A DNA stretch of 32,000 nt from Candidatus Nanobsidianus stetteri (GCA_000387965.1 APJZ01000003.1:1-32000); one strand, 5' to 3'; positions 16,362-25,334 are shown, counted from the first letter of the stretch. The notes: generated by a model not told the origin, from the letters alone. Made by a program: numbers and translations.

Positions 16362-17341
16362 ATTAATAATAATATTAAAGAAAGAAATATCGGAGGAATA
16401 AATGGAGCCCCTTCCTTTACTTTTACTTTTATATCATTATATTCTCCCAATTTTTTTAATATATTTATTTCTTCTTTTGAAAGACCAAATCTTCCGATAA
16501 ACAATTTATTCTGAAATATATGATAAAATATTATAATAAGTATCACAGAATAATAAAAGAAAATTTCATTTAAAAAATAAAATATTAATGGTATAATTAT
16601 AATAAATAAGATAATAATAGAATTTATTAATTTATTATTTCTCTTAAATTTCAATATATACTTATTTTCATTTTCATAAATATCAAAATATTTTACCAAT
16701 ATCTCCTTATCTTCCTTCTTTATATTATTAACTTCTATCCCATCTTCTATCCAATCTCCTTCAACTAATTCGTTTACATTTCTAATAAATGTTAGTTTTT
16801 CTTCCATATCTTTTGATATATATCTAAATAGAAAATATGGTATATATACAAAAATTAGAGAAATTAATAGATAATAAATATTAAAATATAATATGAAAAG
16901 GTTGATAAAATATATAGAGATCAATATTAAGATAATGTTAATGATTGAAATATAATATTTTTTTCTATTTTCTCTATATATTTTGATAGCCTCTATATTG
17001 TGAAATATAAATCCAAATAATACTAAATAAAATAAAAATAATAACATCTTATATAGAGAAAAGAATGATAATAGAAAGAATATTGAAAAGAAAATATACA
17101 AATCTCCAATGGCTAATAATCTAAATAAATATAGTAATACAAAAAATAAAAGGATAAAATATGAAAATATAAGGTTTTCTGGGTAAATATTCTGAATGAT
17201 TAAGTATAAAAAGTAAAATACATTAAATATTAATAAAATATATATTATTATATCATCTACAGATTTATATTTTATATCCTGATATGATGAATATAGTAAT
17301 ATTATCATGTCAAATATCAATAAAGGGAGTATTTCATTCAT
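16358..17341 (-). CDS. polytopic membrane protein, A24-family prepilin/preflagellin peptidase-like (FlaK/PibD-like)
   Basis: 327 aa with many TM helices. The first candidate catalytic Asp is in YSSYQDIKYKSVDD (compare FlaK ASVQDFRSREIED). The second is in LLAIGDLYIF (GxGD-type). The C-terminal KEGAPFIPPIFLSLILLLI resembles the last FlaK/PilD helix. Its stop overlaps the Pelota ATG (ATGA). Confidence 0.6.
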   Translation of the reverse strand: MNEILPLLIFDMIILLYSSYQDIKYKSVDDIIIYILLIFNVFYFLYLIIQNIYPENLIFSYFILLFFVLLYLFRLLAIGDLYIFFSIFFLLSFFSLYKMLLFLFYLVLFGFIFHNIEAIKIYRENRKKYYISIINIILILISIYFINLFILYFNIYYLLISLIFVYIPYFLFRYISKDMEEKLTFIRNVNELVEGDWIEDGIEVNNIKKEDKEILVKYFDIYENENKYILKFKRNNKLINSIIILFIIIIPLIFYFLNEIFFYYSVILIIIFYHIFQNKLFIGRFGLSKEEINILKKLGEYNDIKVKVKEGAPFIPPIFLSLILLLI

Positions 17342-17379
17342 ATAAAAAATAAAAAATAGAATTCTTATAAATAATTATT

Positions 17380-17429
17380 ATGATGATGTGGACACAATCT
17401 GAATTAATGATGAAAGGAGTAGCTACTGA
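17380..17429 (+). ncRNA. C/D-box sRNA (2'-O-methylation guide), canonical double-guide architecture
   Basis: C AUGAUGA 17380-17386; 12-nt guide UGUGGACACAAU; D' CUGA 17399-17402; 4-nt spacer; C' AUGAUGA 17407-17413; 12-nt guide AAGGAGUAGCUA; D CUGA 17426-17429; then TTTTT. It is intergenic and overlaps no ORF. Confidence 0.8.
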
Positions 17430-17434
17430 TTTTT
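17430..17434 (+). terminator. oligo-T after the C/D sRNA
   Basis: TTTTT immediately follows box D. The same T/A run (TTTTTAAA) lies about 23-30 nt upstream of the 17460 ATG, so it may double as that gene's TATA box. Confidence 0.4.
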
Positions 17435-17459
17435 AAATTTCTATATATTAATATTTATT

Positions 17460-17816
17460 ATGCCATTAATAATACCCTCTCCAGAATATGCTAAGAGAAG
17501 AAAAATATTACAGATTGATAATAAAATTAAAAAATTGGAAAAAGAGAGAGCTGGAAAGATAACTTTAGTATTAAAAAAGGAAATAGATCTAAATAATCTC
17601 AATGAATCATTAAAATTTATATCAATGTTAAAAGAATTGGAGGAAAGAAATTTCTTTGAAGAATTATATATTGTTAAATCCGATAAAGTATTAGATTACT
17701 TAGATATAGAAAAAGGATTAGACCAAAAAAATATAGAAAAGGAAAAGTTAATAAAATTGTATGATATAATAAGTAGACTTACAAATATAATAGATAAAAT
17801 TAAAAAAATCTATTAG
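17460..17816 (+). CDS. hypothetical protein (helical, charged)
   Basis: 118 aa with an ATG start and typical cytosolic K/E/I/L composition. It overlaps the convergent coiled-coil gene by 4 nt. No family recognised. Confidence 0.5.
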   Translation: MPLIIPSPEYAKRRKILQIDNKIKKLEKERAGKITLVLKKEIDLNNLNESLKFISMLKELEERNFFEELYIVKSDKVLDYLDIEKGLDQKNIEKEKLIKLYDIISRLTNIIDKIKKIY

Positions 17817-18976
17817 TATTTATATTCTTCTTCTACTTTTATATTTTTAGATAACAATAATCTCTTTATATTCTCTATATCATTCTCTATTATTTTTATT
17901 TTTTCTATTTCATTTATTATATATTCAAAATTGGTCAAATCAATAAAATTCTCTATTTTCTTTATTCTATTCATTAAATTTTCATAATCTGATAATACAG
18001 ATTCTAATATATCTTTAGAATCATATAATTCTGCTTTTATCTTTCTAATTTCTTCTTTAATATTGTTTAGACCTTCCTCCAATTTGTTATATTTTTCATT
18101 AATCTCTTCTATTTTATCTATATCATTTACTTTTGATCTTAAATCTACAACCAAATTATTTAATTCTTCAAATAATGCATATATACTATTTAATCTATTT
18201 TCGAAATTTACATATTTGTTATATAATTCTTCATAAGCTTTAAATTGTTTTATATTTTTAATATCGTCATTTGTTAATTGTAATAAGTAATTCATATTAC
18301 TTATTTTATTATTAATTTCTGAATATTTTTCTTCATATTTCTTTTCTATCTCTTCCAATTTACTATTAACATTATATAGATCCTTTTCCTTTATCTCACT
18401 TATCATTTCAGATATTTTATTGTACTGTAATAGATCTTTAGATAAATTATCTAGTGTTTTGGATAATAAATTTGTTAGATTACTTACTTTTAGTTTTAAA
18501 TCATTAAAATCATTGATATTTGTATATGAATCTTCTATTTTATTTAACTTATCGTTTAAATCTTCTATTTTATTTCTTAAATCTTTTACACTATTTATAA
18601 CATCTTCATATTTTGTTATTTTATTACTTAAAGAATTTATATCAAATTCTAATTTATTTATTTTTGATTTTATATTTACTATAGCAGAATAATCAACAAA
18701 ATTTTTCTGATTATTTTCTAATACATCTACTCTTAGTTTTAAATCATTTAAATATCTTACTTTATCCAACAAATCTTCATTTAATATTTCTTTATAATTA
18801 TTTAATATTTTTTCTACATTTTCTAATTCTTCTTTCAAAGCTCTTAATTGATTATTAAATTCTTCCCTACTTACAAAATTATTCAAGTTTCTTTTTATTT
18901 CCAATAACCTATTGTTAAAATTTTTTACATATGAAAAAAATTCATCAATTATATCTATATCTTTATTTAAATCCAT
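17813..18976 (-). CDS. long coiled-coil protein, unknown function
   Basis: 387 aa of almost continuous heptad-like N/K/E/L/I sequence. It has no signal peptide, no NTPase motifs and no TM segments. Confidence 0.7.
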   Translation of the reverse strand: MDLNKDIDIIDEFFSYVKNFNNRLLEIKRNLNNFVSREEFNNQLRALKEELENVEKILNNYKEILNEDLLDKVRYLNDLKLRVDVLENNQKNFVDYSAIVNIKSKINKLEFDINSLSNKITKYEDVINSVKDLRNKIEDLNDKLNKIEDSYTNINDFNDLKLKVSNLTNLLSKTLDNLSKDLLQYNKISEMISEIKEKDLYNVNSKLEEIEKKYEEKYSEINNKISNMNYLLQLTNDDIKNIKQFKAYEELYNKYVNFENRLNSIYALFEELNNLVVDLRSKVNDIDKIEEINEKYNKLEEGLNNIKEEIRKIKAELYDSKDILESVLSDYENLMNRIKKIENFIDLTNFEYIINEIEKIKIIENDIENIKRLLLSKNIKVEEEYKY

Positions 18977-19007
18977 AAACTATTATTTATAGTAAATTTT
19001 ATTAAGC

Positions 19008-19328
19008 TTACCAAATACTTTTTAATAATTCTTTTCTTATTTCATCAATTTCTTTCTTTATCATATCATATTTTAATTCTAAATTATATAATCTTTTTTT
19101 AATATCATCTATGTCTTTAAGTTTTAAGTTTATTTCTAGTAAAATTATTTTTAATTCATCTAATAATTTATTGTATTCATTATTTTTATCAAAAATATTT
19201 TTTAATTTTAAATATTTATCATAAATTTCATCTTTTATTTTCTTATTTTTTTCCAATTCTTCTTTTAAATTTTTAATTTTATTTTCTAGATCTTCTATAA
19301 TTTTTTCATATTCATTTATTTCATCCAT
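19008..19328 (-). CDS. small coiled-coil protein, translationally coupled to PolB
   Basis: 106 aa, all-helical and charged. Its ATG (19326-19328) lies 8 nt inside the 3' end of polB. Confidence 0.6.
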   Translation of the reverse strand: MDEINEYEKIIEDLENKIKNLKEELEKNKKIKDEIYDKYLKLKNIFDKNNEYNKLLDELKIILLEINLKLKDIDDIKKRLYNLELKYDMIKKEIDEIRKELLKSIW

Positions 19329-21741
19329 TTTTAAAAAATGATAATATATCCTTTTGAACTTTTCCTATATTTTCTATAGATATATTTAGTGCTTTTAATA
19401 TTGGTTCTATAGCAGGTAAGACTTGTTTATATATATAATATTCCGGATCATATTCATTATCCTTAACTTCATCTAATATCCTAACTTTATCAGAAATTTT
19501 TTCCCCACCTTTTACTATAATATATTCAACTATAAATCCTTTTCTAACATCATAACCTCTCTCCTTATATTTCTTCGCTGCTATAATATGTGGAGCCTTA
19601 ACTTCATATTCTGATGGATCTTTTCTTAATTGTTCTCTTAATATAAATTTCTCTTTGGGATAAACATGATATCTTATATTTTTAATAACTTCTGACAAAT
19701 AATCATTTATTTCCTTTATTTTTCCTTCTAATGCTAACTTAATTACATTTTCCTGAACCTCTCCAGCAATTTCTGACCAATCCCTTCTAACAACCTCAAA
19801 ACCTCTCAATTTAATATTTTTATTTTCAGATAATAATGCATATTTTTTTCTAGCACCACCTTCTCCAGATCTTTTTTCCACAAATATTCCAGATATATAA
19901 TAATCTTCAAATTCCATTTCCAATGGTTTAGGTAAAATACTATTTATCTTATTTAATAAATTTAGAGCATTTTCTTTATTATCTACAATAACAAATATGG
20001 AATCTGTATCTCCATATAATATTTTATATCCGCTTTTTTCAATAAAATCTTTTACTTCCAGTATATGTTTTCTACCTAGAGCAGTTACTGAAGCTGCACA
20101 TTCTAAACAATACCATCTAGAATTTGGAAATCCCAAATAACCATATGTAGAATTTATTATATATTTTAATGCTGTTTGTCTACTATCAATTATTTTATAT
20201 TCCTCAGAATTCTTATCTAAACCTTTTAAAGTTTTCTTTAAGTTTGCCCTTTCTTCAAATACTTTTTCTAATACTGTGGATATAAATCCTTTTTTCTTTT
20301 TACAAAACCATACTTCAGATTTTCCCAAACTTGTTTCAATATTTATTTTATCTTTCATACATTCCTCATGTTCGCATTTCAATGTATCTGGAGAAATATT
20401 ATACCTAATTATTATTGATGGATATAGAGATCTAAAATCAAAAACCGCAATATTTTTATACAAACCAGGTTTTGGTTCTAATACAATAGCACCAGTATAT
20501 GTTACTCTTTTTCTCTTATCTACTTCATTTAGATCTGGCCTGTTTGGTATTATTTCATTAAATTCTTTTGTCCTTTTTATTAGATAATTTTCTACAAGAA
20601 TTCCATATGTACTTCCAGATAATTCATATAAAGTAATTCCAACCAACCTTGCCAACTCCAATAAAATTCCTTCAAAATGTTTATATAATTTATATGTTAA
20701 TTCTACATCTTTTCTATTATATTCTATTAGATAATTAAAATCTTTTTTATTATAAATTATATCTGACATTTTATCCAAATTCATATCCAATTTTCCTTCT
20801 CCCAATATTTCCATAGCAACTTCATCTAAAGAATATGTTTCGGAATTTAATTGAGGTGCAAATATTGTTGTAACAATATCATATAAATCAACATTTTGTA
20901 TTCCAACTATTCTATATTTTTTATCTTCTTCTCTTTTTTTAGTATATATTATTCCTTTTCCGTCCCATCCAAAATCAAAATTAAATCCCAATCTTTTTGC
21001 TTTCTCATATAAAAAATATAAATCAAAATTATTAGAATTATATCCAACAATCACATCTGGATCTAAACTTTTAACTATTTCATTAAATTTTTTTAATAAT
21101 TCTAATTCATTATTTACTTTTATTCCATCATTTGCTTCCCCTCCCCAATATATTGAATAATATTTTTCCCCATCATATATTGAAATAATATAAATATATG
21201 CCTTTTCCGGCGATATTATAGATTTATTAGAGGCTGTTTCTATATCAAATGATATAACCTTTAATTTATATTTATTTTCAACAATTCCATTATTTTTCTT
21301 TAATTTATAGTAATCTATATTATCCCCTTTCTTTATTAATTCTAATTCAAAATCATATGTATGTAATGGATATATATCATTATCAATTTGAAATTTTTTT
21401 ATTATACCAATATCTCCCTCTTTTTTTCCAATTATTTTTCCTTCTTCTTTTAATTTATCAGCAAAGTTTTTTATTTTATCATAATCATCTTGATTCAAAT
21501 AAACTTTTATTACAGTATATTCTTTTCCTATATAATTTTTCTTCAAAATTTCAAAATTTTTTACATATTTTTCATCTTTCAATTTATTCTTTATATCTTC
21601 TAAATATTTTTCATCTTTTAATATTAAATATACGTAAAATGGTTGATCATATTCTATTCTTACTTTTTTTCCATTTTCATCCCTTCCATAAATATAAATT
21701 TTTTCTTTATCATGATCAAAATCTAATACAAATATTTTCAT
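19321..21741 (-). CDS. polB: family-B DNA polymerase (contiguous, intein-free)
   Basis: 806 aa. Exonuclease motifs are FDIET, NSNNFDLYFL and YNRKDVELT. Polymerase motifs are DFRSLYPSII, INSTYGY and ILYGDTDSIFV. Confidence 0.95.
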   Translation of the reverse strand: MKIFVLDFDHDKEKIYIYGRDENGKKVRIEYDQPFYVYLILKDEKYLEDIKNKLKDEKYVKNFEILKKNYIGKEYTVIKVYLNQDDYDKIKNFADKLKEEGKIIGKKEGDIGIIKKFQIDNDIYPLHTYDFELELIKKGDNIDYYKLKKNNGIVENKYKLKVISFDIETASNKSIISPEKAYIYIISIYDGEKYYSIYWGGEANDGIKVNNELELLKKFNEIVKSLDPDVIVGYNSNNFDLYFLYEKAKRLGFNFDFGWDGKGIIYTKKREEDKKYRIVGIQNVDLYDIVTTIFAPQLNSETYSLDEVAMEILGEGKLDMNLDKMSDIIYNKKDFNYLIEYNRKDVELTYKLYKHFEGILLELARLVGITLYELSGSTYGILVENYLIKRTKEFNEIIPNRPDLNEVDKRKRVTYTGAIVLEPKPGLYKNIAVFDFRSLYPSIIIRYNISPDTLKCEHEECMKDKINIETSLGKSEVWFCKKKKGFISTVLEKVFEERANLKKTLKGLDKNSEEYKIIDSRQTALKYIINSTYGYLGFPNSRWYCLECAASVTALGRKHILEVKDFIEKSGYKILYGDTDSIFVIVDNKENALNLLNKINSILPKPLEMEFEDYYISGIFVEKRSGEGGARKKYALLSENKNIKLRGFEVVRRDWSEIAGEVQENVIKLALEGKIKEINDYLSEVIKNIRYHVYPKEKFILREQLRKDPSEYEVKAPHIIAAKKYKERGYDVRKGFIVEYIIVKGGEKISDKVRILDEVKDNEYDPEYYIYKQVLPAIEPILKALNISIENIGKVQKDILSFFKNG

Positions 21742-21771
21742 AAAAAATTATTATAAAATATTAATTAAAGT

Positions 21772-23214
21772 TTAACCTTTTATAACAGCTATTGGTCTTA
21801 ATCTTACAATCATTTTAGATATACCCAACTCATCAGTTACTTTTACAACTTCATCGACATTTTTATAAGCTTCAGGTACTTCTTCAACTACACCTTCTTT
21901 TGTTGTAGATTTTACATATATTCCCTTTTCTTCTAAATTTTTAATTATTTCATTATAATTAAATGATCTTCTTGCAGCAGCCCTTGACATATTTCTCCCA
22001 GCACCATGTGCAGAAGATCCAAAAGATAATTCCATAGATTTTTCAGATCCTATTAATACATATGATGCAGTCCCCATTGAACCTGGAATTAATACTGGTT
22101 GTCCAATATTTTTATAATCTTCAACTAATTCCTCTGAACCTGGTGGAAATGCTCTAGTAGCACCTTTTCTATGAACAACCAATTTTTTCTTTTTACCATC
22201 AACCTTATGTTCTTCAATTTTTGCAATATTATGAGCAACATCATATATAACATTTAATCCAATATCTTCTACGGGATGATTATATACCTTTTGGAAAGAT
22301 TTTCTGATAAAATATGTTATTATTTGTCTATTATTCCATGCAAAATTTGCCGCGGCACTCATTGATTTCCAATAATTATTTCCATCTTCGGATTGAAATG
22401 GTAAATATACCAATTCTTTATCTGGTAATTTATTTATTTCTTCTCTATATTTCTTCAATCCTAGATCTATATAATCCGATGCAATTTGATGTCCAAAACC
22501 CCTAGAACCTGTATGAATTAATATTGTTACTTGTCCTTCTTCATATATTCCCAATTTATTTGCTATATCTTTATCAAATATTTTATCAACTATCTGTATC
22601 TCTATAAAATGATTTCCTGATCCTATAGTTCCCAATTGATCTATTCCTCTTCTAATTGCTAAATCTGATACATGTTCTATTGAAGCATCTTTTAATCTAC
22701 CATAAGATTCTACATGTTCTAAATCCTCTTTCCATGCGTAACCTTCCCTATAACTCCATTCTAAACCTTCTTCTACTGCATCTTTAAATTGTCCTGGAGA
22801 TAAAACAATTTTTCCAGTTTCTCCAACTCCAGCAGGTACATTTCTAAATATTTCGTTCACAATTTCCCTTAATTTTGGTTTTATTTCCTCATATTTTAAA
22901 TTTGTTCTTAATAACCTTACCCCACAATTTATATCATATCCTATTCCACCCGGAGAAATTATTCCTTCATTTATATCAAATGCTGCAACTCCACCAACTG
23001 GAAATCCATAACCTTCGTGCCCATCTGGCATTACAATAGAATATTTTTGTATTCCTGGCAAACTAGCAACATTTTTTCCTTGTATTAATGTTTTATCTTC
23101 TTTCATCTTTTCTATTAACTTATCATTTGCATATACTCTAACTGGAACATTCATTCCTTTTTCTTGTGGTATTTCATATATATTTTCAGATACTTTTCTT
23201 AACTTTATATCCAT
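21772..23214 (-). CDS. rtcB: RNA-splicing ligase RtcB
   Basis: 480 aa. It has PDGHEGYGFPVGGVAAF, GGIGYDINCGVRLL, GSGNHFIEIQ, HTGSRGFGHQ and SSAHGAGR. No intein. Confidence 0.95.
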   Translation of the reverse strand: MDIKLRKVSENIYEIPQEKGMNVPVRVYANDKLIEKMKEDKTLIQGKNVASLPGIQKYSIVMPDGHEGYGFPVGGVAAFDINEGIISPGGIGYDINCGVRLLRTNLKYEEIKPKLREIVNEIFRNVPAGVGETGKIVLSPGQFKDAVEEGLEWSYREGYAWKEDLEHVESYGRLKDASIEHVSDLAIRRGIDQLGTIGSGNHFIEIQIVDKIFDKDIANKLGIYEEGQVTILIHTGSRGFGHQIASDYIDLGLKKYREEINKLPDKELVYLPFQSEDGNNYWKSMSAAANFAWNNRQIITYFIRKSFQKVYNHPVEDIGLNVIYDVAHNIAKIEEHKVDGKKKKLVVHRKGATRAFPPGSEELVEDYKNIGQPVLIPGSMGTASYVLIGSEKSMELSFGSSAHGAGRNMSRAAARRSFNYNEIIKNLEEKGIYVKSTTKEGVVEEVPEAYKNVDEVVKVTDELGISKMIVRLRPIAVIKG

Positions 23215-23220
23215 AAAATA

Positions 23221-24390
23221 TTATAGATTATAATTCTTTAAAACGTAATTTAAGAAAAAGAAAGAAATTCCTAAAATAATAAATGATAAAAATAAACCAT
23301 ATTGAACTGAAATATAATAAAGTAATAGAGATCCTATTGCACCACCCAAATTTCTAAATAAGTATATATTTCCAAATTTTTGTGGATAATTTAATATTAT
23401 ATAATTATCAAAGAAATATTGGAACATTGTCCATGAAAATGCAGCTAATATAAATAATATTAATAATATTATAGCATTATATATTTTCGATAGAGATAAT
23501 ATAAGAGATAATAATATTATAATACCAATTAAAAATCTAGAAAGTATTCCTATTTTTATTTTTCTAAAATCAATTTCTCTTTTATATATCTTATATAATA
23601 TTGATGTATATAATCCATTTATAAATAATAAAAATGGAAAAATTATAGATAAAGAAAATATATTTACAGAATAAACTAAAGATGTCCAAACTAAAGAAAA
23701 TCCAATCAAGACAAATAAATTATATAATTCTAGATATCCTATTCTCAACTTTTTTATATTCAGTGGAAATATTAAACCTTCGAATATTGGATATATAGCT
23801 CCGAATTTATCTATATTATTTTCCGCAACCGAAAACATTTTATCAATTCTTTCTAATAAATTTAGTTCATATGCTGATGAGAATAAAAATAAATATAATT
23901 TCCTATACATTATAACTATTATTGATAATAATAAAATGATAGAAACTATATATATGTTATAAATTATGGAAAGAAAAAGAAGAGAAATTTGTGGTATTAC
24001 TTCTCCAAAAGTCCAATAAATATTAAAATGAAAATTTAAACTTACATCTTTATAATATAATAAAAATGAAAAGTATGTAGATGAATATGTAATAGTAAAT
24101 AATAAAAAAGATAATATTAATAAATAAATATTAGGATAAATTAATAATAAAGATGATAAAAGAGGTCCTATTACACCAATCATGGCAATATTAATATAAT
24201 TTTTCTCATTTATTTTAATATTTCCAAATATTGCAGAACTTATTATTGATCCTATATAAGATATAGAAACTAAAGAATAATATACATTAGATGGAAAATT
24301 AAAATAATATGGGTAAACAAAAAATAAACTGTTTAGCATTCCTCCAACTAAATTATTACTAATTATAATAATTTTTTCTTTATAGTTCAT
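23221..24390 (-). CDS. polytopic membrane protein (transporter-like, possibly MFS-type)
   Basis: 389 aa with about 10-12 predicted hydrophobic helices. No catalytic motifs recognised. It overlaps the upstream gene at an ATGA junction. Confidence 0.65.
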   Translation of the reverse strand: MNYKEKIIIISNNLVGGMLNSLFFVYPYYFNFPSNVYYSLVSISYIGSIISSAIFGNIKINEKNYINIAMIGVIGPLLSSLLLIYPNIYLLILSFLLFTITYSSTYFSFLLYYKDVSLNFHFNIYWTFGEVIPQISLLFLSIIYNIYIVSIILLLSIIVIMYRKLYLFLFSSAYELNLLERIDKMFSVAENNIDKFGAIYPIFEGLIFPLNIKKLRIGYLELYNLFVLIGFSLVWTSLVYSVNIFSLSIIFPFLLFINGLYTSILYKIYKREIDFRKIKIGILSRFLIGIIILLSLILSLSKIYNAIILLILFILAAFSWTMFQYFFDNYIILNYPQKFGNIYLFRNLGGAIGSLLLYYISVQYGLFLSFIILGISFFFLNYVLKNYNL

Positions 24391-25007
24391 TTTATTATAT
24401 CTCTAATTTTTTCTTTTAATATATCTCCCAATGCTATGCCTATAGCAATTGAAATAGAAATAACTATTCCGCCAAAAAGTATTATAAACATATAGAGAAG
24501 AACTGGAGATAGCATATTTAAATAACTAAGCGTTAAAACTAATATGAAAAATAAAACAATAAATCTTATTGAACCCAATATAAAGTTTACATACTTAAAA
24601 TTCTGGATTGCTGGATATAAAAAGGATCTTAATATAAATTCCATCATTGCATATGAAATTATTATTACTATTATTATTATTAATAGGCTATTTAATATAT
24701 CAAAAATTAATATTCCAATATTACTAACATATGGAATTATGTAAAATGAAAATCCGATAAAATAAAAATATATAAAGAACTTAGTTATATTTACTATTAG
24801 ATCTGTAAGAGAATATGTTGTCATGATCTGTTTATCATGCAACCATTTATCAAGACCAAGAACTTTTTTCAATATTATCTTAAGTATTAATGCTATAAGT
24901 TTTCCTATAAAGTACCCGATTATTATAATAGAAACAGAAATTAATATTATTTTTAACATATCATAGTTAAATATTTGTAGTATCTGATTGATAATGTTTT
25001 CCAGCAT
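24387..25007 (-). CDS. membrane protein (conserved-TM-helix / MscS-N-terminal-like)
   Basis: 206 aa with 5-6 hydrophobic helices. The first helix plus basic stretch, IIIGYFIGKLIALILKIILKKVLGLDKWL, resembles the TM-helix repeat of small mechanosensitive-channel-like proteins. The functional assignment is weak. A TTTATAA box lies about 24-31 nt upstream of the ATG. Confidence 0.55.
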   Translation of the reverse strand: MLENIINQILQIFNYDMLKIILISVSIIIIGYFIGKLIALILKIILKKVLGLDKWLHDKQIMTTYSLTDLIVNITKFFIYFYFIGFSFYIIPYVSNIGILIFDILNSLLIIIIVIIISYAMMEFILRSFLYPAIQNFKYVNFILGSIRFIVLFFILVLTLSYLNMLSPVLLYMFIILFGGIVISISIAIGIALGDILKEKIRDIIK

Positions 25008-25207
25008 AATATTATCTAAAAAAATGGTAATTTATAAATACATGGTTCTACTAAAATTGGCATAACTTACTAATAGTAAGATAACTTTACTACTAAGGAG
25101 ATTCTTAAAATATTTTTATATTTGAGTTTATTAGAAATTACATTTAAATAATAATAATTTTTATATAATATTTCTAGAAATTGAAATTTTTATTTAATAA
25201 ATTAAAA

Positions 25208-25280
25208 TAGCCCCGCGGGGATTCGAACCCCGGTCTCAGGGACCAAAACCCTGAATCCTAGACCACTAGACGACGGGGCT
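25208..25280 (-). tRNA. tRNA-Gln (anticodon UUG)
   Basis: 73-nt cloverleaf: AGCCCCG/TC/GTCT-AGTGGTCTA-GGAT/T/CAGGG-TTTTGGT-CCCTG/AGAC/CGGGG-TTCGAAT-CCCCG/CGGGGCT/A. It is followed by TTTT. No intron, no CCA. Confidence 0.95.
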
Positions 25281-25334
25281 ATATAGCATATCATATTCTT
25301 TAAATTTAATAATATTTTTATTAAACAATTTTAT

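Noticed and set aside
19321-23214. Looked for inteins in PolB and RtcB, which are common intein hosts in hyperthermophilic archaea.
   Set aside because: Both ORFs have normal lengths (806 and 480 aa). Their catalytic motifs are uninterrupted, and there are no intein splice-junction blocks or homing-endonuclease motifs.
25065-25079. The palindrome CTTACTA-A-TAGTAAG as an intrinsic hairpin terminator for tRNA-Gln or the neighbouring gene.
   Set aside because: It lies about 130 nt downstream of the tRNA 3' end, which already has its own T-run. It also lies upstream (promoter side) of the 24387-25007 gene. Archaeal termination does not need hairpins. It is retained only as a possible protein-binding site in a low-interest finding.
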